In this document: positions 41,901-51,191 of the stretch, piece by piece
Numbering within the stretch: position 1 is the first letter of the stretch
Layout: every line of letters starts with the position of its first letter
Source: a virus
Lineage: Duplodnaviria; Caudoviricetes
Virus record (IMG/VR): IMGVR_UViG_3300021400_001327
Location: 32,001-96,000 of that record
Direction: 5' to 3' (one strand)
Length of the DNA stretch: 64,000 nucleotides
The notes under the pieces: model-generated
The model's database searches: none
Told to the model about the DNA's origin: nothing
What the model saw: the letters and a program-made list of their open reading frames with translations, nothing else
Made by a program: the position numbers and the translations under genes

Positions 41901-42595
41901 AGAGATGAGCGATGACGGAAGACACTTATATCAAGTGTATTGACGGTAAATGGTATGCCTTTGCGGCAGACACAAAGGATTGGAAAGCATATTCGATTGG
42001 TAGCGACAATCCGAGCAGAGGCAGAGACGGCACGCGTTGGGTGGCGCCACTGAACGACAGTGGAATCAAATATGTGGCTATCTGGTCGACGTCCAGAAGC
42101 GGCGCTTATCAGAAAGCCCGTCGGAATGGCAATTACTGCGGCGAAATGAAATGGTAAGGAGACAACACCATGACGAAGCTCACGAAGGAAGAGGCCAAGA
42201 AGGAACTGTTCGATGCGCTGAACATTGACCATCCAATCATCTTTCATGTCTACGAGACCGACATTACGGACGGATATGTGGTGGGATCGGGGATCATCGG
42301 AGCGCCCGATGACCTGTACGACACAGACCGCTTCTACGATATCGGATATGATAACCACGACGTGGAAGAAATCCATGTCGACAGCATCACGACCTACATG
42401 ATTGGTGATGGTGGGGATAGCGAACATGCTGACTCCAGCGATTGCGCTGTCATAGAGGATATGCTGAACAACCGACGGACAGCTGGCGGACTGATGGAGT
42501 TCCTTGAACACGACGCCGACGTCATCTCTGATTGTGGCGCTGGGTATGTGGACAACCCGTGCTATGAGCCTGAAGACGACGATTACGACATATAA
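38991..42595 (+). other. Run of ~12 small, mostly acidic hypothetical genes
   Basis: Co-oriented ORFs of 45-140 aa, each with an AGGAG-type RBS. Confidence 0.7.
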
Positions 42596-42652
42596 TAGGA
42601 AGAAACCCATGCATGCTTTATCCAATGGATAGAAACGGAAGGAGATTTGATT

Positions 42653-43216
42653 ATGAAGATAGTATTCTCAGCGGAAACATTCAAGAGAATGATGAAGGTT
42701 TGTTCGTCGGCAGTCATCAAGAAGGACGATGGCCGAAGAATGCTCCAGTACATCTGCATTGATGTTGGTTACGACGGAACATTTACTGCGTGTGGTGTGA
42801 ACGGGCATGAGCTTGCCAAGTATAGAGGGGCATGTGAGGCTGACGGAGAGGGACGTGTCTTCATTAAGCCGGTCAAGACGCCAAAGGACGCGACCAGGGT
42901 CGTGGTCGACGGTACAGATGGAACAAGGACCATTGTTGAGTATCAGATGTACAGCCGCGCCATTTACACAGAGGTACAGGTGGTCGATAAAGGCGAGTTT
43001 ATCGCTTACGACAATGTGATTCCTAAACCAGAGGAGCGAGATGTTCTTTCGATTTCGGTCGATCCGAAAGCCATGATTGAGTTAATGTCTGGCCTGAAGG
43101 ACTTTAAGTCTATAAAGATGTCCTTCAGAAGACCGATCGACAGCATCCTGATTACACCGAATCATTACACGGAAGGCGAAGTCACTTGCGTCCTGCTACC
43201 AATGCGTGTCGCTTGA
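42653..43216 (+). CDS. Truncated beta sliding-clamp-like protein
   Basis: R.ML.YI.I, A...NGH.LA, F..Y..VIP, C-terminal VLLPMR as in DnaN. Confidence 0.65.
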   Translation: MKIVFSAETFKRMMKVCSSAVIKKDDGRRMLQYICIDVGYDGTFTACGVNGHELAKYRGACEADGEGRVFIKPVKTPKDATRVVVDGTDGTRTIVEYQMYSRAIYTEVQVVDKGEFIAYDNVIPKPEERDVLSISVDPKAMIELMSGLKDFKSIKMSFRRPIDSILITPNHYTEGEVTCVLLPMRVA

Positions 43217-43250
43217 TGGCGGCAGACCATGATTGATACGTCTTAGCGAT

Positions 43251-43753
43251 TTGACAGGCCGAAATAGTATATGTATACTGTGTATCGAAAGGAGGTCGGT
43301 TTGAAATGGAAGTTAAAGACCCCGGAAATCTGCTGATACCATTTGATAAGGTTAAAGAACTGGTCCATGACAAACTTGTTAAAACACTCGACTTAAGGGC
43401 AGATGTTAACAGTGATGTTCTCAGAGCATTGGAATTGTTCTTTCTCGAACTGGAGATGCAGCTCTATGTGGATGACATCTGGAACCCAGACTGGCGGCTC
43501 GATTACCTGGAGGGCGTCATCGATTTTGTAGAAGAAGCGAAATTGGTCACAAAAAAGCAGGCACAGTGGCTGCGCCAATACCATGACTGGATCGTCGGGA
43601 ACGATGACATGTTTGGCGACGTGGAGGATTACAGGAAGGCACTCGGAATCAAAACCCCCATTCGATATCCGGAAAAAGAAGAAGACGCAGAATAACAGAA
43701 TATGAAAGGAGCCGCATAGCGGACGCACGGTGAAAACTGTGCGTGTTTTTTTT
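43251..43753 (+). other. Moron-like unit: promoter, ORF 43306-43695, terminator
   Basis: TTGACA-17-TATACT; AAAGGAGG; GCACGG/CTGTGC stem plus T-run. Confidence 0.7.
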
Positions 43754-43756
43754 ATT

Positions 43757-44275
43757 ATGACGATAACGATGATTGTGGATGGCGTGGAACATAATGTCAA
43801 CCTGAGCGAAGAGCAGGTGCAGCAACTGCTGGATACAGCGGGACGTCAGCCATATGCCCGTGTCGGGTACGGCGAGACGTATTACTATCTCGATAATCTT
43901 GGCGACGTCAAAACGACGGACGACATTGAATCAAGTGCAGACGACAGGTTGTATGATTTTGGCAATTACTGGGCGAACAAGAAAACATGCGAGGATGATG
44001 CCAGAGCGGACATCTTGCTCAGACAGCTCCGTAGGTTCGCTATGGAGAACGGCGGTTACTTCGACAAAGACACAGACGACCTGATGTTGTCATGGTGTTT
44101 GGAACCGGCGGACAAGCCATCATTGAAAGAGGTGCGCATCTATAAGCGATACACGAGTCGCGTCGGAATGGTGGGCTTCGCTTCATGGGATGCTGCGCGA
44201 GACGCTTTAACGCAGTTCCGCGACGAAATCATCTGGTATCTGTACACCTACCTGCCGAGCAAGGAGATGAAATAA
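43757..44275 (+). CDS. Hypothetical protein
   Basis: GETYYYL..D.RLY..GNY pattern common in Bacillota phages. Confidence 0.65.
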   Translation: MTITMIVDGVEHNVNLSEEQVQQLLDTAGRQPYARVGYGETYYYLDNLGDVKTTDDIESSADDRLYDFGNYWANKKTCEDDARADILLRQLRRFAMENGGYFDKDTDDLMLSWCLEPADKPSLKEVRIYKRYTSRVGMVGFASWDAARDALTQFRDEIIWYLYTYLPSKEMK

Positions 44276-44647
44276 TGGCGCTGATCAAGTATTCATGTGA
44301 AGTTTGTCACCGGCTCTGGGATACAGAGGAGCAGGCGGACGCCTGTGAAGCGACGCACAAAGGAGCGACCGAAATTCTGGAATGCCGTTACAAAAAGAAA
44401 GCGCAGCCGGAACTGTATCCCTCCAGCCTGCTGATGAAAATGGCGGACGGAAAACAAATCGTCTACTACATGGGACGGGCAGAGAAGCAGCCCACTACAC
44501 CGCTCAAATATGAGTCTGTCCCCTACCCCACTGACCCGACTGGCGGACAGTAAAGGAATAGTAAATCGGATTAAGCGCCGACGGCGAGCGGCTATCCGAT
44601 GCGGATTAAGAACCGCCAGTGAGCGGGCATCCGCGTGAAAGGAATAT

Positions 44648-45356
44648 TTGAAGTTAGGGAGTTTGTTCTCCGGGTCCGGCGGCTTTGAGTTCGCCGGACT
44701 TTTTTGTGGCATCACGCCAAGTTGGAATTCCGAGATTTTGGGCTTCCCTCGTTCTGTAACGGATCGCTGGTTTCCAGACACAAAGCAGTTAGGCGACGTG
44801 ACGAAGATTAAAGGGGGTGATGTTGAAGCGGTTGACCTGATTACATTTGGGTCGCCGTGTTAGCCAGGACCTCTCTATCGCCGGTAACCGTGCCGGAATC
44901 CATGATGGAACCAGAAGCTCACTGTTCTTTGAAGCGATCAGAATCATAAAGGAGATGCGCGATGCCACAAACAACCGGTATCCAAGGTTTGCAGTCTGGG
45001 AAAACGTTAGCGGCGCCTTTAGCTCCCACAATGGAGCAGACTTCCAAGCCGTCCTCGAAGCGTTCTGTCAGGTCGCAGGAACCGACATTCATGTACCTTT
45101 CCCTGAAGTCAACAAAGGAAGGTGGGCAAAAGCCGGAACCATCGTGGGAGATGGTTTCTCGATTGCCTGGCGTCTCTACAACGCCGTCGGTTGGGGCGTT
45201 CCCCAGCGTCGAGAGAGAGTCTTCCTTATCGCAGATTTTGGAAGTGAACGTGCCGGAGAAATACTATTTGACAGCGCGTGCGAGTCTTGGGATACTTCGG
45301 CGAGCATGGAAACGTGGAAAGAATTTGCCGGAAGTGTTAAACAACGCACTTGTTGA
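44648..45356 (+). pseudogene. C5 DNA methyltransferase motifs I-VIII, broken by a 4-nt insertion at PC^Q
   Basis: LFSGSGG, GSPC-TAG-C-QDLS.AG, WENV, PQRRER; deleting 4 nt fuses 44648-44863 to 44865-45356. Confidence 0.8.
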
Positions 45357-46332
45357 GTGCATAAAAATTAGTGGTGATTGCTTTGGGCAGAAAGAAATTA
45401 GAGACGCCGGAAAAATATTGCGAGAATTGTGGGAAGAAGTTGGAGAGAAGACCTTTAAAGAATGGATACTTAGAGCCATTATTTCACTTCAACAAGAGAA
45501 AATACTGTTCAATACAGTGTTGCAGTGCTATGCAATCGAGGGAAAAGCTCCTGTGCCCACCAAAGACAGCAAAGACGAGCAGACAGAGGGCGAGAAAGAT
45601 TGTAGAGCAGGGAACGTGTGTGATGTGCGGGGCGCAAACACGGACAGAAGTGCACCATATAGATCACAATCCTATGAACAATACGCCAGAAAATTTGATG
45701 AGATTGTGTTCCAAGTGTCATCACGCCCAGCACAAAAACGACCGACAGAAACCTTTATGTGTTGTTTGCGGGGAGCCGCAGAAGGGGCACCATTTATGCT
45801 CAAAACACTGGCAAGCATGGAGAAAGAGCTTAAAAAGAGGATGGGATACAGAATACACATTGATGATAAAACAATGTTTGATAGATGCGGGGCTGTGAGC
45901 GTCTGGGATGCCCGTGGGAATGGCGACGGAGAGACTTCTCCTACCATCACAGGCGACCACAACAACAGGATCACCGACTACACCGCCGTCATTGTGGAAT
46001 CGAAACCGAGCACCCACTACTTCTCTATGCAGCGCTTCGATGAATTCAAGGAGAGCGATGCGGCGTCCACCCTCAAACAGCGGGACTACAAAGACGTGAC
46101 AGATATCGTGGTCGAGGAACGAGAACCAATACAGGAACGCAAGTACATCGTCCGGCGGCTGACGCCCACGGAAAGCCTGAGTCTTAATGGTTTGCCGAAA
46201 TGGTGGTGCGATGATGTGAAAGGCCGTTCGGATACAGCGGTATATAAGCTGTCCGGAAACGCAATAGCGATTCCGTGTGCTGTAGATGTGTTGGAAAAAA
46301 TCGAACGGGCTTACAGGAGAGATTTGAGATGA
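44962..46332 (+). CDS. Methyltransferase second polypeptide (alternative-frame beta-like segment plus motifs IX-X)
   Basis: AAGGAG 7 nt before ATG; SSLSQILE..KYYL..GILRRA..RGK.LP; RRLTP.E; YK..GNA. Confidence 0.7.
   Translation: MPQTTGIQGLQSGKTLAAPLAPTMEQTSKPSSKRSVRSQEPTFMYLSLKSTKEGGQKPEPSWEMVSRLPGVSTTPSVGAFPSVERESSLSQILEVNVPEKYYLTARASLGILRRAWKRGKNLPEVLNNALVECIKISGDCFGQKEIRDAGKILRELWEEVGEKTFKEWILRAIISLQQEKILFNTVLQCYAIEGKAPVPTKDSKDEQTEGEKDCRAGNVCDVRGANTDRSAPYRSQSYEQYARKFDEIVFQVSSRPAQKRPTETFMCCLRGAAEGAPFMLKTLASMEKELKKRMGYRIHIDDKTMFDRCGAVSVWDARGNGDGETSPTITGDHNNRITDYTAVIVESKPSTHYFSMQRFDEFKESDAASTLKQRDYKDVTDIVVEEREPIQERKYIVRRLTPTESLSLNGLPKWWCDDVKGRSDTAVYKLSGNAIAIPCAVDVLEKIERAYRRDLR
45371..45898 (+). 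CDS. HNH endonuclease nested in a different frame of the MTase ORF
   Basis: CVMCG..EVHHID.N..NN..ENL..LC..CH...H plus extra Zn fingers; likely start TTG 45383. Confidence 0.85.
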   Translation: MVIALGRKKLETPEKYCENCGKKLERRPLKNGYLEPLFHFNKRKYCSIQCCSAMQSREKLLCPPKTAKTSRQRARKIVEQGTCVMCGAQTRTEVHHIDHNPMNNTPENLMRLCSKCHHAQHKNDRQKPLCVVCGEPQKGHHLCSKHWQAWRKSLKRGWDTEYTLMIKQCLIDAGL

Positions 46333-48449
46333 ACAATTACAATTCAGGAGTAATGGATTTATGGCATGCACTGAAAATGGTTTGGCAGGAGATGCCGACC
46401 TCCGCCGTTTGCGGGATGTTTGGTTGGGGTGAGTCATACGATTTTGATTTCGATGATGTCCTTTGTGAAGATCCGATGACCATGATAACAAAGGTCAAGG
46501 AATACGAACAGAGAAAAAACCCGACAAAGAAACAGGTCATCGCGGCGCTGAAGTGCCTCGGCAACCCAGAGTCGGACTCGTGGGATTATAAGAAATGCTT
46601 AGAAACAGGGTGTCCGTTCGCCAGTAATGAGGATGGATGCGCGGCGCCTATCACACAAAGCCTCTTCAAGTATTTTCCAGAGCTTTGTGATGACGGCGCT
46701 GATAAACCTGTCAAAGCCCGCCCAATAAAAAAGCATGAGTTGTCGTTGTTGAAGCCCGGAGATAAGGTCTGGTGGACACTGTGTGATTGTGAACAGAAGC
46801 CGGATTGTGAGACTATCACCTATATCAACAAGAACATCATACGCTATGAGCCCGGTCATGGATTTGACGTCGTCGATAATTACGCAAAGGAGAATGGTTT
46901 TATTCTGTGGTATGACGAGCCAACAGAGGAAGACATCGACGGTGTCGATTTGAAAGGATTGCGCGATGACTGATAACGGGATGCCTGACAGGGAGAAGGT
47001 TATCAGGGCCGTTGAAACTTGTTTTGATAGCTGGATTGATAAGCACCGGAACATAGGTCTTGATTTGCATGAAGTCGAGCGGTTGAAACGAGAAGCGCTG
47101 GAGATGCTGAAAGAGCAGGAAGCTGTTGAACCAAAACTTGTCGATGTAAACACATGGACTTGTGGTGAATGTGGTGCGTTGATCGGTTGGGAGGAATTTG
47201 CACAGTCAGGATTGGAACTGGTCAAGTACAAGTTCTGCACGGAATGCGGAAGGGCGGTGAAATGGGGATGACATATTCTTCGATTGAAAAAATCCGACCG
47301 AAAGCGAGTATCCAATGGGACAATGGCAACGACGGGCGGGATGGGCGTTATTATATCGAATATCGCTGCCCCGTGTGCGGTCGAAGGATATTCTATTATG
47401 GGCGCGATAACGCATGTGATCAGTGCGGAACATTTTACGATTGGGGAAAGCGTGAACCAGTCATCGAAATAACGAGGTGCGTGAAATGGGATGAGTGACC
47501 AATATAATACAGACGGGATAATGGTTTTCCAAAAGGCAAGTCAAAGACCTGTAACAGATAACGCCTTTGAAAGCATTGAACGCGCAATAGCGTTTGACGT
47601 GAGAGACTGGTCTCAAGACCGGAGAAGTGCATGGATCTATGCCATCGTGTTCGGCTGGGAGTACGAGGACGCCTGGGATGAAGTGGCTAAGAAATTCGGC
47701 TGGGATGAAGAAGACCGTAAAAGAGCACGCTCACTGCATGTGCAATGGGAAATGGCAAAGGCGGTGAAGTGGGATGCCTGACCGGGAAAGGGTCATTTAC
47801 GATCTTGAACGATGTACGTGCCACGTTCCGGACGCTTGCCGGGATTGCTCAAAATACGCCAGCGGAACCGTGATGAAATGCATGGAAAGCCTGATGATGG
47901 ACGCGTTGGAACTGCTGAAAGAGCAAGAACCAGTTAAACCAACAGTCAACGTTGATACTTGGATTTGTTCCGAATGCGGTCATACATTAGAAAGTCAAGA
48001 ACTTATTGATGACAATGAGAATCCTCAGGTGCTTATCCATGAGCAATATAATTATTGCCCGAACTGCGGAAAGGCGGTGAAGTGGGATGAGTGAATACAC
48101 AGGAGGGCCGCTTGACAGATTAGCCGATTTGTTCATGAGAGCACTGAGAACGGATGACCCTCAAACGAAAGCCAATTTAATCAATGAATGGAACGAAGAA
48201 ATCAAGTTTATCAATTCTGTATTAAAAGGATGGTGAAGTGTGATGAATGAGTACAAAGAAGGACAGTATATCATTTACCAGAACGGCGATAGATTCGAGA
48301 TCGGGAAGATCAAGCGCCTCACGCCGACCGGCGCGTTTGTATGGTACTCATGCGGTGATACTGCTGCAAATACCCCGTATGACTGTATGCACCCGATCCA
48401 GAATGCTTATGTGATCGGCGAGACAGGGCTTGGAGGGTGTATGACATGA
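46329..48449 (+). other. Small genes joined by a GGCGGTGAARTGGGATG junction motif
   Basis: ORFs 46966-47271, 47268-47498, 47491-47781, 47774-48094, 48087-48236 and 48240-48449. Confidence 0.7.
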
Positions 48450-48832
48450 GGCTGATTGATGCGGATGCACTGAAAAAGGAATGGAGCATGGGCCTTGGAT
48501 CATGTAATGATTGCCCACAGAACACGAGAAGATGTCAATTAGACATGGATTTTACGCGAATGGATATTTGCGGGATGATTGACGATGCTCCAACCGTTGG
48601 CGGCTGGATCAGCGTTAAGGACAGATTGCCGGAAACACGTCATGCTGTACTTGTGTACACGCCGCATTATAAAAACATATGGGCGGCTTCAATGCACGAA
48701 GACGGGAATTGGTGTATATGGTCACCACACAGCGGAGTATATTTGGACCCAGATTGGCACGGGCCGATCACCCATTGGATGCCGCTGCCAGAACCTCCAA
48801 AAAGCTTAAATAGGAGTTTATATTATGGATAA
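48446..48832 (+). CDS. DUF551-domain protein
   Basis: MRLIDAD, WISVKDRLPE, THWMPLPEPP. Confidence 0.85.
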   Translation: MRLIDADALKKEWSMGLGSCNDCPQNTRRCQLDMDFTRMDICGMIDDAPTVGGWISVKDRLPETRHAVLVYTPHYKNIWAASMHEDGNWCIWSPHSGVYLDPDWHGPITHWMPLPEPPKSLNRSLYYG

Positions 48833-50470
48833 TTGCCCTATCTGTAAGTTGAAAATTGGCGAAAAAACAGTTCAAAGTCCAATTGCGCCGTCCCTGTGTT
48901 GGCTTGAAACAAGTCGAAGTAAAAACGGATATATCATTATGAAATTTGGATATGGCGACGATTATGAACACATTTTCTATAGCCCGCGGTATTGTCCAGA
49001 GTGCGGGAAGAAAAATGAGCCAGTTACCTAAATAGGAGTTTTGAACATGACCCGTAGAAACACATTTATACCGTTAGAAATTCAATGCTTCTGGTGTAAC
49101 GGGCAAATGGAAAGAGGGACGGTTATATCTGGTGAACTCAATTGCGTGACGTATTTTTGCGAGCGATGTGGTGGAGTATCACACTTCGCAGTAAATGACA
49201 AGCAGAGAATAAGCAGTATTGAAGTTGAGTATAAATCGCCAGACAAAGGGACTCAAATAGGAGGATAAGCGCGATGGATTGTCCGTGGTATTTAGGGTTT
49301 CAGGCCACAGAAGAATGCCTCAAAACATGCACCATCACAGAAGAAAACCGGGATTATTCGATATGCCCCGAAAGCACCAGCGAAGATGATGTTTATATGG
49401 ACATGGCTTAAAATAGGAGTTTGTATGATATATCACTTGAGCTGTCCATATTGCTTCCATCTTTGGTGGAGTAAAAATGGATTTCCTAAAAGATGTCCAA
49501 AGTGTAGAAAACAACTTAAATAACACTATTGATGGGTGGGTAAGATGAAAGCCAAACAGTATTTTGAAAAATACGGGGAATCAATCTGGAAAGAAGCCAA
49601 CGAGCCCGATGTTCATACTGATGGGCCGATAGCACAGATGTTCATCGAATTCGCATCTGAAATGAAAGAGATTATAACCCGCAGAAACGCGAAAACCGAT
49701 AATGCGGTAATGGCTATCATTTCAGAACAGAACCAAAAATGGAATTCAGTTGTCAATATGTTTGTGAAGCAATATGGAATTTCACCGATTTCAAGAGATG
49801 GATTCGCAAAAGGATTCAAACAACAGCTTGGAATTTAAATAGGAGTTTAGAATGGCTGATTATCACGTTGGTGCTGGCGAAATAACTGGAGAAATCTATG
49901 CTGGCGTGTTGTCGAAAGACGGCAAATCATGGAGAAACCGTTCGATTGTAACTGATGCGGCAATCTGTGCTGTACGGGATCATCTCATCAATCAAATGAA
50001 TCAAAGCAATCAAGATTGGTTTGGTTATGAGTGGTCACGAAAAGACGGCAAGAAGGTCGTATTGAGCATTGCAGTCAAATAATTTAAATCGGAGTTTATA
50101 GCATGAAAGCAATTATAAAATTTACCGCCTGTCTTGAATGTGATATTGATGACAAACTTCGAGACAAGATAGTTTCGAAAGATGAACAGGTCAAACAGCT
50201 AAAAAGCCTGTTAACGGAAGAATGCGATTGCGAGCAAGTTGAAATAAGCGAGTATCACGTAGAACTCAAATAGGAGTTTAAGCAATGAAGCGAACACCAC
50301 AAAATTGCACGGTTGCTGATAGAGTTTATTCCCGCGATGGACATGATAGGTACGTTGGCGATAAATGTGCTGGTGTACGGATTGCTGTTGGTTGGGATGG
50401 CGATGAGCCGATTGATACTTGTAAAAAATGCAAGTATTTCTATATGTTTGATGAGGATGAGGAAACTTAA
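48806..50470 (+). repeat. Mini-gene array delimited by AAATAGGAGTTT
   Basis: Seven copies between ORFs (see findings). Confidence 0.75.
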
Positions 50471-50473
50471 ATT

Positions 50474-51040
50474 ATGGATTTAGGAGCCTACGCACAGATT
50501 GAAAATATTAGCAAAATCATGACAGACAACGGAATCGCTGTTCCAAGACTGCGCGGACTCAGGCTGATGAGTCAGGAAAAAGCAATTTCTACAGACGAAA
50601 TTTCAGAGTCTGCCAATCAATTGGGCCTACAAGAATGTGAAGCTCTCTGCGAGTCAGACTTCCGACTAAACGCACACATTTTCGAATGTTCAAATAGAAC
50701 CCGCCGGATCAGGCGAAAATATCTGAAGTATGACGATGATCAATTCACGCCTGTCGGAGTTAGATGGGATCACATCCATGGCAAAAAGCGCAAGAAGTTC
50801 AAGTACGTTATCAAAGCCGCTTATCAGCGTACGCGTGAACAGCTTGAATTATTCAATCGCTATTGCGGCAGGCCTGATGTTCTCTACATCCACGCAAGAA
50901 TCGGTGGCGGAAACTGGCCGTATTACTGTAACGAGGTAAAGAATCAGCCGTGGTTCATCTGCAAAATCGACGATGCCTTTGATTCCACCTACTGCGACAT
51001 TTACGCCGCGATCAAACCGCCGGAGGAGAGCCATGGCTGA
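50474..51040 (+). CDS. Hypothetical protein
   Basis: PRLRG, YIHARIGGGNW, DD.FD.TYCDIY pattern. Confidence 0.7.
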   Translation: MDLGAYAQIENISKIMTDNGIAVPRLRGLRLMSQEKAISTDEISESANQLGLQECEALCESDFRLNAHIFECSNRTRRIRRKYLKYDDDQFTPVGVRWDHIHGKKRKKFKYVIKAAYQRTREQLELFNRYCGRPDVLYIHARIGGGNWPYYCNEVKNQPWFICKIDDAFDSTYCDIYAAIKPPEESHG

Positions 51041-51191
51041 CGAAGAAAGAGAGCAGAAGATTCATGAAGCGCTTCATGTCCACCATGACAAGGTAAAAGA
51101 AAAATACCATACGGTTATGACTGTTCCTTGTGGAAGCCAGAACTATAGGCTGGATACGGAAAGCAGTGATTATGACACTTTAGGAGCTTAG
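51033..51191 (+). pseudogene. Truncated nucleotidyltransferase
   Basis: GSQNY.LDT..SDYD (Pol-beta superfamily GS..DxD) followed by a stop after 4 codons. Confidence 0.6.

Noticed and set aside
44861-44863. Genome-wide TAG reassignment
   Set aside because: Read-through alone would not restore the frame; other genes end normally at TAG and long genes are not fragmented.
45358-45890. Intein in the MTase second ORF (segment starts CIKISGD)
   Set aside because: No block B TxxH and no C-terminal His-Asn; the segment is explained as the alternative frame of the HNH gene.
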